Below are positions 36,244 to 45,148 of a stretch of 64,000 nucleotides of DNA, piece by piece. Position 1 is the first letter of the stretch, and each line of letters starts with the position of its first letter. The stretch is from an uncultured Clostridia bacterium (GTDB lineage Bacteria; Bacillota; Clostridia; Christensenellales; UBA1242): NCBI GenBank assembly GCA_934747805.1, contig CAKVHC010000002.1, positions 80,694 through 144,693 on the forward strand, given 5' to 3'. The notes below the pieces were generated by a model. That model was not told the origin of the DNA and did no database searches. It saw only the letters and a program-made list of their open reading frames with translations. The translations under genes were made by a program, and so were the position numbers.

Positions 36244-37512
36244 TTAATCCACCATTTCGAATTGCTGGTCACCGAATAGAACAGTGTCGCCTTCGACAGC
36301 ACCCTTTTCTTTCAGCATATCAAAAATGCCTTTTTCTTTGACCTTTGACATAAAGTATCCAAGTGATGCCGTGTCAGTAAACACGATGCCACGTTGCAAT
36401 TCGTCAATGTATCCGCCACTAACTCGATAGGTGTGTGGCTCAACCATTTCAATGTTGACACTGGTTACATCTCTAATGTCGATTCGCTCAATTTCAGGTT
36501 TGATAGGTTCTGGCACCGGCAAATCTTTCAATTCGTTCCAAGTAGTTTTCAAAAGTTCATCCACGCCCTGATTTATGATTGCACAAATAGGAACGATAGG
36601 ATATTTTGTCTTTGTTTTAGATTTAAACGACTTTATGCGCTCATCCAAATTGTCCACCATGTCAATTTTTGTTAGAGCGATTATTTGTGGCAGTGTTGCA
36701 AGACGAGTGTTGAACTTCTTTAACTCGTCATTTACTATGTTATAGTCTGCAACAGGGTCGTTACCATTAACTCCGCTAATGTCCACTACGTGAATGAGTA
36801 GGCGAGTGCGCTCAATATGTGACAGAAAGTCGTGACCAAGTCCCACGCCTTCACTTGCACCTTCAATCAATCCCGGAATGTCCGCCACGACAAAACTATT
36901 GTCGTAATATTTTGCGATTCCAATGTTTGGAGTTAATGTAGTAAATTCGTAATTCGCAATTTTAGGCTTGGCACTGGTGATGATAGATAGAATTGTGCTC
37001 TTGCCAACGTTTGGCTTGCCGATGAGGGCAACGTCTGCAATCATTTTCAATTCCAATTGCACTTGATAAGGCTTGCATACTTCACCCAATTGCGAAAATT
37101 GTGGAGCTTGACGAGTAGGCGTTTTAAAGAAAGCGTTGCCACGACCACCACGACCGCCTTGCAAAATGACCGCACGTTCGCCGTCCGCATACATATCAGC
37201 TACGACTTTGCCTGTTTCTACGTCACGAATGACAGTGCCGCAAGGTACTTCAATTACAATGTCCTGCCCATCTTTGCCGTTGCGAAGTCCACCATCACCG
37301 TTCTCACCATTCTCAGCCACGAATTTGCGTTTGTACTGAAAATCTATGAGAGTGTTCTTATTTCGACTTGCCACGAAAACAACGCTGCCGCCTTTACCAC
37401 CATCACCGCCGGATGGTCCACCGTTTGCGACATATTTTTCTCTGCGCCAACGCACAACACCATCACCGCCGTTGCCAGCCTTTATACTAATTTTTACTTT
37501 ATCTATGCTCAT
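36244..37512 (-). CDS. obg: GTPase Obg/CgtA
   Basis: MSIDKVKISIKAGNGGDGVVRWRREKYVANGGPSGGDGGKGGSVVF, G1 GKPNVGKST, C-terminal OCT-like domain. Start set at 37512 (SD AAGGA, 5 nt upstream). The track's longer ORF is a spurious 5' extension. Confidence 0.93.
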   Translation of the reverse strand: MSIDKVKISIKAGNGGDGVVRWRREKYVANGGPSGGDGGKGGSVVFVASRNKNTLIDFQYKRKFVAENGENGDGGLRNGKDGQDIVIEVPCGTVIRDVETGKVVADMYADGERAVILQGGRGGRGNAFFKTPTRQAPQFSQLGEVCKPYQVQLELKMIADVALIGKPNVGKSTILSIITSAKPKIANYEFTTLTPNIGIAKYYDNSFVVADIPGLIEGASEGVGLGHDFLSHIERTRLLIHVVDISGVNGNDPVADYNIVNDELKKFNTRLATLPQIIALTKIDMVDNLDERIKSFKSKTKTKYPIVPICAIINQGVDELLKTTWNELKDLPVPEPIKPEIERIDIRDVTSVNIEMVEPHTYRVSGGYIDELQRGIVFTDTASLGYFMSKVKEKGIFDMLKEKGAVEGDTVLFGDQQFEMVD

Positions 37513-38137
37513 ACTTGTCCTTATAATATTTACAATATTTTTGCATTTTACACTCTTCACATTTTGGTTTTCTGCTAATGCAGTGATATCTGCCAAAGAG
37601 TATTAAACGCAAATGAAGTTTGTCCAAACAATTTTTGTCGAAGGCTTGATAGATTTTTTTCTCCACTTCCAAAGGTGAATCTTTTTCCTCGCTGATGCCA
37701 AGTCGGTCACACACACGATGAACGTGCGTGTCCACAGCCACGACAGGAAACCCAAAGCATTCGTTCAAAACAACATTTGCTGTCTTACGTCCCACACCGC
37801 TCAGTGTTTGCAAAACGTCACGGTCAGTTGGCATCTCGCCATTGTATTTTTCCACAATTTCTCGAGAACATTCTTTTATCGCTTTTGCTTTTGAATTGTA
37901 GAATCCACAAGAATGAATAATATCCTTCAACTCATCTTCGTTAAGCTCAGCCATTTTGTCTGGAGTGGGTGCTAGAGCAAAGAGTCTCGGCGTCACCATA
38001 TTAACACGCTTGTCCGTACATTGCGCTGACAATATTGTCGCAATCAAAAGTTGAAACGGTGTTTCATAATTCAGTTCACAACGAGCGACAGGAAACATTT
38101 CTTCCAAATACGCTAACAACTCTTTTTGTTTTTCCAT
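37499..38137 (-). CDS. nth: Endonuclease III
   Basis: ELNYETPFQLLIATILSAQCTDKRVN, HhH-GPD LSGVGRKTANVVL, 4Fe-4S CxxxxxxCxxCxxxxxC at the C-terminus. Start set at MEKQKELL (38137) from promoter geometry. Confidence 0.92.
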   Translation of the reverse strand: MEKQKELLAYLEEMFPVARCELNYETPFQLLIATILSAQCTDKRVNMVTPRLFALAPTPDKMAELNEDELKDIIHSCGFYNSKAKAIKECSREIVEKYNGEMPTDRDVLQTLSGVGRKTANVVLNECFGFPVVAVDTHVHRVCDRLGISEEKDSPLEVEKKIYQAFDKNCLDKLHLRLILFGRYHCISRKPKCEECKMQKYCKYYKDKYEHR

Positions 38138-38143
38138 AAGAGT

Positions 38144-38172
38144 ATTATAACACATTAGATACGCATTTTCAA
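38144..38172 (-). promoter_or_regulatory. Consensus promoter of nth(-obg-yhbY) placed for a leaderless transcript
   Basis: Minus strand: TTGAAA (38172-38167), 17 nt, TGtTATAAT (-10 at 38149-38144), 6 nt (actctt), ATG at 38137. No SD. Confidence 0.65.
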
Positions 38173-38493
38173 TAATTTACGAATATGTTTGTAATTAATT
38201 TACGAACATATTTGTAATTAATTTACAAATAATTTTTGTGCTTATATACAAAAAATTTTTGTGTATATTTATAAATAATATTTTAAATAATTTGTTAAAT
38301 ATATTGTATTTTTTAAATATTTTTAATTATTAATTAAATATAATTATTGAAAAATAAATAAAATATTTTTTATATAAATCATTTTGAATATAATTTTAAA
38401 TTAATTTGCGATTATTTTATATATAAAAATCGTAAAAATAATTTTTTTTGCAATTATTCTTTTTATAGAAAAAAATAATCTAGTTATTAATAT
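38156..38493. other. Extreme-AT island C (338-bp intergenic)
   Basis: Only 2, 3 and 8 G/C in the 60-nt lines starting 38281, 38341 and 38401 by my count. Confidence 0.8.
38173..38241. repeat. Three tandem 23-bp repeats directly upstream of the nth -35
   Basis: taatttacgaatatgtttgtaat (38173-38195) and taatttacgaacatatttgtaat (38196-38218) match at 21/23. taatttacaaataatttttgtgc (38219-38241) matches at about 15/23. Units 1-2 contain the imperfect inverted repeat TTACGAA-N4-TTTGTAA. Confidence 0.85.
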
Positions 38494-38757
38494 TTAATAT
38501 ATTCGACGGATAATATCCCGTTGACCATAGTTTGAATCAATCACGTACATTCCGTTAAAGCCTGACATATTTCTTCTTGCCAAAATTGACTGTGCCGTGT
38601 ACACATCATTAGGATTTATCATTACAGCCAAACTGCAGCTGGAGACAATACTTTTTGGTGCATTAACCATTGAAGAATATACTCCATAACTTTGCAGAAT
38701 ATTTCTAAAATTCATTAGTTCATTTCTCGACCTAAAAAGCATATAGGCGTTTTTCAT
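38494..38757 (-). CDS. DUF3343-like small protein (putative S/Se-carrier-like)
   Basis: 87 aa. MLFRSRNELMNFRNILQSYGVYSSMVNAPKSIVSSCSLAVMI fits the DUF3343 pattern (beta-alpha-beta with a conserved Cys). Divergent from a cysteine desulfurase. Confidence 0.55.
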   Translation of the reverse strand: MKNAYMLFRSRNELMNFRNILQSYGVYSSMVNAPKSIVSSCSLAVMINPNDVYTAQSILARRNMSGFNGMYVIDSNYGQRDIIRRIY

Positions 38758-38825
38758 GTTATACCTCTCACAAAAAGCGTTTGTTCATAATACATAATAT
38801 ATAGAAAGGTAAAAAATGGTGAATA

Positions 38826-39962
38826 ATGATTTATTTAGATAATTCAGCAACAACATATTTCAAACCACAGATTGTGAAGTCGAGTGTGATTAATGCAGTC
38901 AACAACTACACGGGAAACGCAGGCAGAAGCGGACACAAAATCGCACTTGCGGCTGGTGAGCAGGTCATGAAAGCACGTCAAGTTGTGGCCTCATTTTTTG
39001 AGGCAAGTTTTGACAGGGTTGTGTTTACTCATAACTGCACCACAGCACTCAATATGGCAATACTCGGAAGTGTCGAAAAGGGAATGCATGTAATTACAAC
39101 AACCATGGAACACAATTCAGTTTTGCGTCCATTAAATCGTTTGCAAGAAAATGGGGATATTGAATTGACAATTGTAAATATGAATGACGAAGGCTGTGTG
39201 TCAGTTGACGACATCAAGAATGCCGTAAAGCCGAATACAAAGTTGGTCGTTATAACCCAAACATCTAATGTCACTGGTGCATCGAATGACGTGAAAGCGA
39301 TTGGTGAGTTTTGTCATCAAAATGGAATAAAAATAATAGTTGATTGTGCACAGTCTGCAGGCCATAAAAAGATATCCATGCGTGATGATAACATTGATAT
39401 AATTTGCTTTGCGGGACATAAGGGTTTGTATGCTCTGACAGGCATAGGAGGCATGGTGTTAGCCGACAATGTTCATCTGCGACCAGTGATACTGGGTGGC
39501 ACAGGTGTTGACAGCATCTCTCTCAAACAAGAAGAATTGTTTCCAGATAATTTTGAAAGCGGAACAGTGCCTGTGATGCAAATAATTTCATTAGGTGCAG
39601 GCGTAGAATATGTTAGTAAGAATTTTGAATATATTAATTTTCGTACACAAGATTTAACGAAATACGCATTAAATAGGTTAAAATATTTAAAAAATATAAA
39701 AATTTATTCAAATATTAATAATTGTTCAGGAGTTATTTCGTTTAATATAGATAATTATGATTGTAATGATGTCGCCAATTTTTTAGATGAAAAATATAAT
39801 ATCGCAGTCAGAAGCGGACTGCACTGTGCTCCATTAATTCACAAACAATTGAATACGTTAGAACAAGGTGGAGCAATTAGAATTTCGCTCACGCACCAAA
39901 ACAACGCAAACGAGATTGATAAATTAATTGATGCATTGGTCGACTATCAGAAGAACAACTAG
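38826..39962 (+). CDS. Cysteine desulfurase (class V aminotransferase fold)
   Basis: IYLDNSATT, PLP-Lys FAGHKGLYA, catalytic-loop VRSGLHCAP; 378 aa. Confidence 0.88.
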   Translation: MIYLDNSATTYFKPQIVKSSVINAVNNYTGNAGRSGHKIALAAGEQVMKARQVVASFFEASFDRVVFTHNCTTALNMAILGSVEKGMHVITTTMEHNSVLRPLNRLQENGDIELTIVNMNDEGCVSVDDIKNAVKPNTKLVVITQTSNVTGASNDVKAIGEFCHQNGIKIIVDCAQSAGHKKISMRDDNIDIICFAGHKGLYALTGIGGMVLADNVHLRPVILGGTGVDSISLKQEELFPDNFESGTVPVMQIISLGAGVEYVSKNFEYINFRTQDLTKYALNRLKYLKNIKIYSNINNCSGVISFNIDNYDCNDVANFLDEKYNIAVRSGLHCAPLIHKQLNTLEQGGAIRISLTHQNNANEIDKLIDALVDYQKNN

Positions 39963-40798
39963 TCCAACCAATTTTTGCTAATTGATTTTTTCCACAATGG
40001 GCGAATCAAACATAAGAAACTTAGACCCAATAATAGACTGCCCCAAACGATATAATAATTTCTAAATGGCACAACCAAACTAACAAACAAAATCAGTAGG
40101 CCAGCCCAAAAATATCTGAACCAATTTTTCTTTTGCAAGCACATATCCAACACGTCCTTAAACTTAACCTTTGGCTTGGACTTGTATGCGATTTCGCTTT
40201 CAGGGTAGGAATTGGTTTTGGTGTATAAGAGTTGATACATCTGTTCTTTGTCTAGTAGCACGACATTGAAATTTAAATTGCTTGCAATAGAACGAACATC
40301 GCTCTTCCAAACACTAGCAACCAATATAATTTTGTCACAGCCATTTCTGTGTGTTGACAAAATCTCAAACAATTTTTCTGGCTCGGAATCTTCACAATAA
40401 ATCATTTTAATTTTTTTGTTATTAAGTTTGAACGCTAAGTAATTTTTGTAGGCATGTTTGTTGACTGCGTCTGGAAAAAGAGTCGCAAAAAATTTTGTGC
40501 GAATATTTGCATCCATTGTGGCAAGCTTGAACGCACACTCTTCAATTTTTGCCTGCTCTTGCGCATTAGATTTTTTTATGTTGTTTCTGTGATTTGATAT
40601 GGCAGAAATTAGCGTGTTCGTTGCAATGGAAATTGCAAACGCAATCAGCGCACAAACTACGCCGTCATAAATATAGAATCTCAGCCATGCGAAAGCTATG
40701 AAAAAAATGATTATATATCTAAACGCAATGTCCAAAATGTATGCCAAACGAGATTTATTCATGCAACTATTTTTGCCAATAAACAAAAAGCCAAACAA
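39959..40798 (-). CDS. Membrane protein, unknown function (TM pairs at both ends, cytoplasmic middle)
   Basis: 279 aa in the track. The start is uncertain: TTG at 40798 or ATG at 40762 (MNKSRLAYILD). Its stop overlaps the convergent desulfurase stop in a shared CTAG (39959-39962). Confidence 0.5.
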   Translation of the reverse strand: MFGFLFIGKNSCMNKSRLAYILDIAFRYIIIFFIAFAWLRFYIYDGVVCALIAFAISIATNTLISAISNHRNNIKKSNAQEQAKIEECAFKLATMDANIRTKFFATLFPDAVNKHAYKNYLAFKLNNKKIKMIYCEDSEPEKLFEILSTHRNGCDKIILVASVWKSDVRSIASNLNFNVVLLDKEQMYQLLYTKTNSYPESEIAYKSKPKVKFKDVLDMCLQKKNWFRYFWAGLLILFVSLVVPFRNYYIVWGSLLLGLSFLCLIRPLWKKSISKNWLD

Positions 40799-40861
40799 AT
40801 AATAACTGTTTTGCGTGTTTTAAGGTTTGACAACACGGCTATAATGTTTTAAAATAATAGT

Positions 40862-42157
40862 ATGAACATCTTAGCAATAATTAATAAGAAACGTTGTGGC
40901 AAAGCTTTGACCACTGAAGAGATAGAATTTGTAATCAAGGCATACACAAGAGGCAAAATACCTGATTACCAGATGAGTTCGCTTCTTATGGCAATATGTA
41001 CTAAAGGAATGAACTACGAAGAAACGCTTGCCATGACGCTTGCTATGAAAAATAGTGGCAAGGTTTACACCTTTGACAAATCACGCAATTTTATCCTTGA
41101 CAAACATAGCACAGGTGGAGTGGGCGATTCGACCACATTTATTGTGATGAGCACACTCGCCAGTCTTGGCTACAAAATGGTGAAAATGAGCGGTCGTGGT
41201 CTCGGTCACACAGGCGGCACTTTGGACAAACTTGAAGTATTTCCAAAAGTGAAGCATAACTATTCGATTGACCAAGTGGAAGAGTTTTTAGACAAGAACA
41301 ACGCTGTCATTATCGGCGCACAGGCTGTTGCCCCAGCGGATAAGAAAATTTATTTGCTTCGTGACGTCAGTTCAACAGTAGAAAGCATTCCGTTGATTTG
41401 TGCTAGCATTCTGTCCAAGAAATTATCTTGTGGCGCACATGGAATAGTGTTTGATATCACCTGTGGTGACGGTGCCTTTATGCACAATTTGAAAGATGCT
41501 CAGACGCTGGCACATTTGATGCGTAAGATTACGCAGCATGAAAAGGTGCGTGCCTCATTCGTGATTACGGATATGGATTCGCCGCTTAGTCGTGGAATTG
41601 GCAGAGAGTACGAAATCGCAGATGTTGTTCGTGTTTTGAACGGCGAGCGTTGTGCTCTACGTGAAGTTTCACTAAAATTGATAGTGGAAGCAATGCGTCT
41701 TCAGAAACCAGAACTTAACGAAAAATATGCCTACATCCAAGCAAGCCAAGCAATCGATAACGGACTAGCCAAGCAAAACTTCGTTGACATACTTCGAGCA
41801 CAAGGGGCTAATCTAGATAACATAGATGACTATCAAACTGTGCCAAAGACAAAGTTTGAAACGAAAATTTATGCTTCCACTTCAGGCAGAGTAAGGCGTG
41901 TGTCCGCACGTGCTCTAGGCGATGCCGTTCGCATCTTGGGTGGCGGTCGATTGGTGGAAACCGATACTATTACGCCAAATGTGGGCATGGAAATTAATTG
42001 CCGCATTGGCGACAAGGTTAAGAAAGGCGATTGCCTAGCAATAGTTCACTACGAAGACAAGAAAAAGTTTAAGCAAGTGGAATCGCAAATCAAGAATGCA
42101 TTTCAAATTGGTTGTTTCGCCTTAAAACCTAAGCTTATTATTCAGGAAATAAAATGA
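40862..42157 (+). CDS. pdp: Pyrimidine-nucleoside (thymidine) phosphorylase
   Basis: KIPDYQMSSLLMAICTKGMNYEE, DKHSTGGVGD, SGRGLGHTGGTLDKLE; 431 aa. Confidence 0.93.
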   Translation: MNILAIINKKRCGKALTTEEIEFVIKAYTRGKIPDYQMSSLLMAICTKGMNYEETLAMTLAMKNSGKVYTFDKSRNFILDKHSTGGVGDSTTFIVMSTLASLGYKMVKMSGRGLGHTGGTLDKLEVFPKVKHNYSIDQVEEFLDKNNAVIIGAQAVAPADKKIYLLRDVSSTVESIPLICASILSKKLSCGAHGIVFDITCGDGAFMHNLKDAQTLAHLMRKITQHEKVRASFVITDMDSPLSRGIGREYEIADVVRVLNGERCALREVSLKLIVEAMRLQKPELNEKYAYIQASQAIDNGLAKQNFVDILRAQGANLDNIDDYQTVPKTKFETKIYASTSGRVRRVSARALGDAVRILGGGRLVETDTITPNVGMEINCRIGDKVKKGDCLAIVHYEDKKKFKQVESQIKNAFQIGCFALKPKLIIQEIK

Positions 42158-42570
42158 TAAAACTAAAAAATGAAGAACAAACAAAAAAAGTGGCAATCGA
42201 TTTTGCCAACAAACTAAAACCGGGCGACCTCGTTTTGCTCAACGGCGACTTAGGAGCAGGCAAAACCACTTTCACACGTTATACTTTCGAGGCTCTTGGT
42301 GCAAAAGGCGTGGTGAACAGCCCAACCTTTGCTATTGTGAAGGTGTACGAAAGCCCTGTTGCTGAGCTGTATCACTTTGACACCTATCGCATTGACGTAA
42401 ATGAGGCGATTGAGTCAGGCTTCGACGAAATTTTGTCCAATAGACAGGGTAAAATTATTTTTATTGAGTGGAGCGAAAATATTGCACCGCTTTTACAAAA
42501 TGTTTCATACATTGTCAACTTAAAATATGTAACCGAAACTGAACGAGAAATAGAGATTTTGAAAAAATGA
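42154..42570 (+). CDS. tsaE: tRNA t6A37 biosynthesis ATPase TsaE
   Basis: LNGDLGAGKTTFTR, SPTFAIV, HFDTYR; overlaps the pdp stop by 4 nt. Confidence 0.9.
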   Translation: MIKLKNEEQTKKVAIDFANKLKPGDLVLLNGDLGAGKTTFTRYTFEALGAKGVVNSPTFAIVKVYESPVAELYHFDTYRIDVNEAIESGFDEILSNRQGKIIFIEWSENIAPLLQNVSYIVNLKYVTETEREIEILKK

Positions 42571-43613
42571 ACAAACTGATAATTAACACTGTATTGCCGC
42601 AATTACAAGCCGTTCTGACAAAAGATGAACATATCTTTTCTACCGTACTTGATGCTGACAAAAATCATAACGAGAAATTGCTCGGCGAAATTGACAAACT
42701 CTTGCAAGAATCTGATCTAAAAATGCAAGATATTGATGCTTGCTTTTGTTTCGTGGGCCCAGGAAGTTTTACAGGAATTAGAGTAGGGGTTGCCACCATA
42801 AAGGGCTTTAGAGATGCGCTGGGCATCAAAGCGTTTGGCATAAACACGCTTGAATACTTGTCACGTTTAGCAGTCAAGAAAGACTCGACCGCACAAGTGT
42901 TCGCTTTGTACGGCAGTTTGAATAGTTATTTTGTCGCACACATAGAAAACGGAGAACTTGTTTACGAATCCACTAATCAAACATTGGACCAACTGCTTGC
43001 AATTGCAAATGGCAGGGACATTTATGTTTTCAGTGGAAGCAATCATTGTGAATTTGCACGCAATGTAGATTTGAATGCGGATGAGTTGGTTTTGCTTGCC
43101 AATGATGTATATGCTCGTGGTGACGAACGACTTACACCAGTATATTTTCAACTTTCGCAAGCCGAAGCACAAAAAATCAGCCGCAACGTTGACATATCCC
43201 TTGCAACTGTTGATGATGCTAAAGAAATAACAAATATAGACAATCAAATTTTTGAAGATAAGTGGAACGAAGACTCGTATATTCGTGAGATAAGAAATAA
43301 CAAACTATTTGTTGCCAAACTCTTAGACAAAATTATCGGCTTTGTTGACCTTGAAATTGTCGCAGACGAAATGAACATTGTGAAAATTGGCGTCTTACCA
43401 GATTATCGACGAAACAGAGTGGCCATTCAGCTCATCAATCACGCCACTGATTATGCAAGGCAGAGCAACATTGCTAGCATTGGACTAGAAGTGTCGTCAA
43501 ACAATGCTCCAGCCAAAAATCTATACAAGAAAATGGGCTTTGAACCAACCAGAATCAGAAAGCATTATTACAAGGATCACAGCGATGCAATAGAGATGCG
43601 AAAGCAAGTTTAA
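42567..43613 (+). CDS. tsaB: TsaB (YeaZ) fused to a RimI-type GNAT acetyltransferase
   Basis: N-terminal half: FCFVGPGSFTGIRVGVATIKG. C-terminal ~140 aa: IVKIGVLPDYRRNRVAIQLINHA...LEVSSNNAPAKNLYKKMGFEP (acetyl-CoA motif). One continuous 348-aa ORF. Confidence 0.85.
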   Translation: MNKLIINTVLPQLQAVLTKDEHIFSTVLDADKNHNEKLLGEIDKLLQESDLKMQDIDACFCFVGPGSFTGIRVGVATIKGFRDALGIKAFGINTLEYLSRLAVKKDSTAQVFALYGSLNSYFVAHIENGELVYESTNQTLDQLLAIANGRDIYVFSGSNHCEFARNVDLNADELVLLANDVYARGDERLTPVYFQLSQAEAQKISRNVDISLATVDDAKEITNIDNQIFEDKWNEDSYIREIRNNKLFVAKLLDKIIGFVDLEIVADEMNIVKIGVLPDYRRNRVAIQLINHATDYARQSNIASIGLEVSSNNAPAKNLYKKMGFEPTRIRKHYYKDHSDAIEMRKQV

Positions 43614-45148
43614 TTGTAATCGTCTGGCAGGTCGTTAAGAATTAGTAGGCAATCACCGGCACGCAGAAGTTTTGTGAATATGCCTTGCGCCATAGCCAAA
43701 TTTTTTGCATATATGATATTTTCAAATCCTACTGAAAGCAATCCGTCTGAGATTGCTTTTTTGTTGGTGTCATTTACGATTATGAAATAGTCTACAAACT
43801 TGCCAGCAGCTACTCCAAAGTGATAGTTGATATCATATTGCATCTTGCCACCTTCCACCATTCCGGGTGATGCGATTATTTTACGAGTGCCAATAGACTT
43901 TAACACTTCGAGTGCTACACGAATGCTGTCTGCACTAGCATTATAGCTATCGTCGATAATAATCACACCATTTTGGTTTTTAATCAGTTCGAGTCGGTGT
44001 GGCTCGGCTTTAACATTTTCAATCTTTGGCAAAATGTTCTCAATGTCATCATAAAGGCAGGCACACGCAATCGCAAGAGTCAAATTAACTACATTGTGTT
44101 CGCCGATTAGCCTTGTATGAACTTCATATTTTTTATCGCCAACATGCAGAGTAAAACTACTACCTGATAAATCAAATTTTATATCACTCGCAAAATAATC
44201 TGCCTTTTGCCTTGTGGAAACTGAAATTTTGCTTAATTTTCTTTCATCATACATTTTTTTCACATACTCATTATCTATATTGAAAATGACTGTGCCTATG
44301 CAATAGTCAGACAATTCTTTTTTAGTTTTGTAAATATTTTCCACCGAACCAAACGATTCAATGTGTGCTGGGCTAACGTTTGTAATTATTGCATTGGTCG
44401 GATTTGTCAGGTGGCACAATTCGTCAATTTGATAACGTTTTCTCGCACCCATTTCGGCAACAAATATTTTGCAATTGTCATCCAAATCGTTAATCGCTTT
44501 TGTCAATCCGAGTGGGGTGTTGTAACTACGAGGACTAGCCACTGCATTTTGTCCGCCAAGTAAAGTGGACAGATAGTTTTTCACGCTAGTTTTTCCAACG
44601 CTTCCCGTGATGCCAATCACCTCGATATTGCGAGCCGTTAGTTTGTGTTTTGCTCGGTCCATATATTTTCTATTAACACGTTTTTCATACGGCAGCCAAC
44701 TCACATTCACCACGAAAATAATTGTATCTTTATATAGCATTGACGCACATGCAAAAATTACGAACACCTTGCTCGGCACAAATAATAGCATTAATATATC
44801 TACAGCAAAAATCAAAAATATATTTGCAATAAATAATCTTTTAATTTTTTGCGTAAAATTTAATTTAATTTTCTTCGGTGCAAAATAATCCACAACCTCG
44901 AAAATAATGTAAAAAATAACCAAAAAACACGAAAATATAGTGTAAATTATTACATTTTTTATAAAAATTAAGCATAAACATGCCAAAACGCTTATCAAAC
45001 TATTAATTATTATTCGTTTTTTATTTTTGCAAAATTGCAAATAATTTTTTAATTTATAATTTTTTAATTGGTAAAAATATAAATTATTTAATATGAAAAA
45101 AATATTTAGTGGCAATAAAAGAGTGAATAAAATAATTTTAGTAATCAT
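43610..45148 (-). CDS. murF: MurF-type Mur ligase with an N-terminal polytopic membrane segment of about 150 aa
   Basis: IGITGSVGKTSVKNYL, VAEMGARKRYQIDELCHLTNPTNAIITNVSPAHIESFGS, IIDDSYNASADS. aa 1-150 are hydrophobic/Lys-rich (ILFTLLLPLNIFFIL..., IINSLISVLACLCLIFI..., IFLIFAVDILMLLFV...) in place of the usual soluble N-domain. Confidence 0.8.
   Translation of the reverse strand: MITKIILFTLLLPLNIFFILNNLYFYQLKNYKLKNYLQFCKNKKRIIINSLISVLACLCLIFIKNVIIYTIFSCFLVIFYIIFEVVDYFAPKKIKLNFTQKIKRLFIANIFLIFAVDILMLLFVPSKVFVIFACASMLYKDTIIFVVNVSWLPYEKRVNRKYMDRAKHKLTARNIEVIGITGSVGKTSVKNYLSTLLGGQNAVASPRSYNTPLGLTKAINDLDDNCKIFVAEMGARKRYQIDELCHLTNPTNAIITNVSPAHIESFGSVENIYKTKKELSDYCIGTVIFNIDNEYVKKMYDERKLSKISVSTRQKADYFASDIKFDLSGSSFTLHVGDKKYEVHTRLIGEHNVVNLTLAIACACLYDDIENILPKIENVKAEPHRLELIKNQNGVIIIDDSYNASADSIRVALEVLKSIGTRKIIASPGMVEGGKMQYDINYHFGVAAGKFVDYFIIVNDTNKKAISDGLLSVGFENIIYAKNLAMAQGIFTKLLRAGDCLLILNDLPDDYN

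Noticed and set aside
38156-38493. CRISPR array or replication origin in the repeat-containing AT island.
   Set aside because: The repeats are only 23 bp, contiguous without spacers, and number three. There are no cas genes and no TTATCCACA DnaA boxes in the island.
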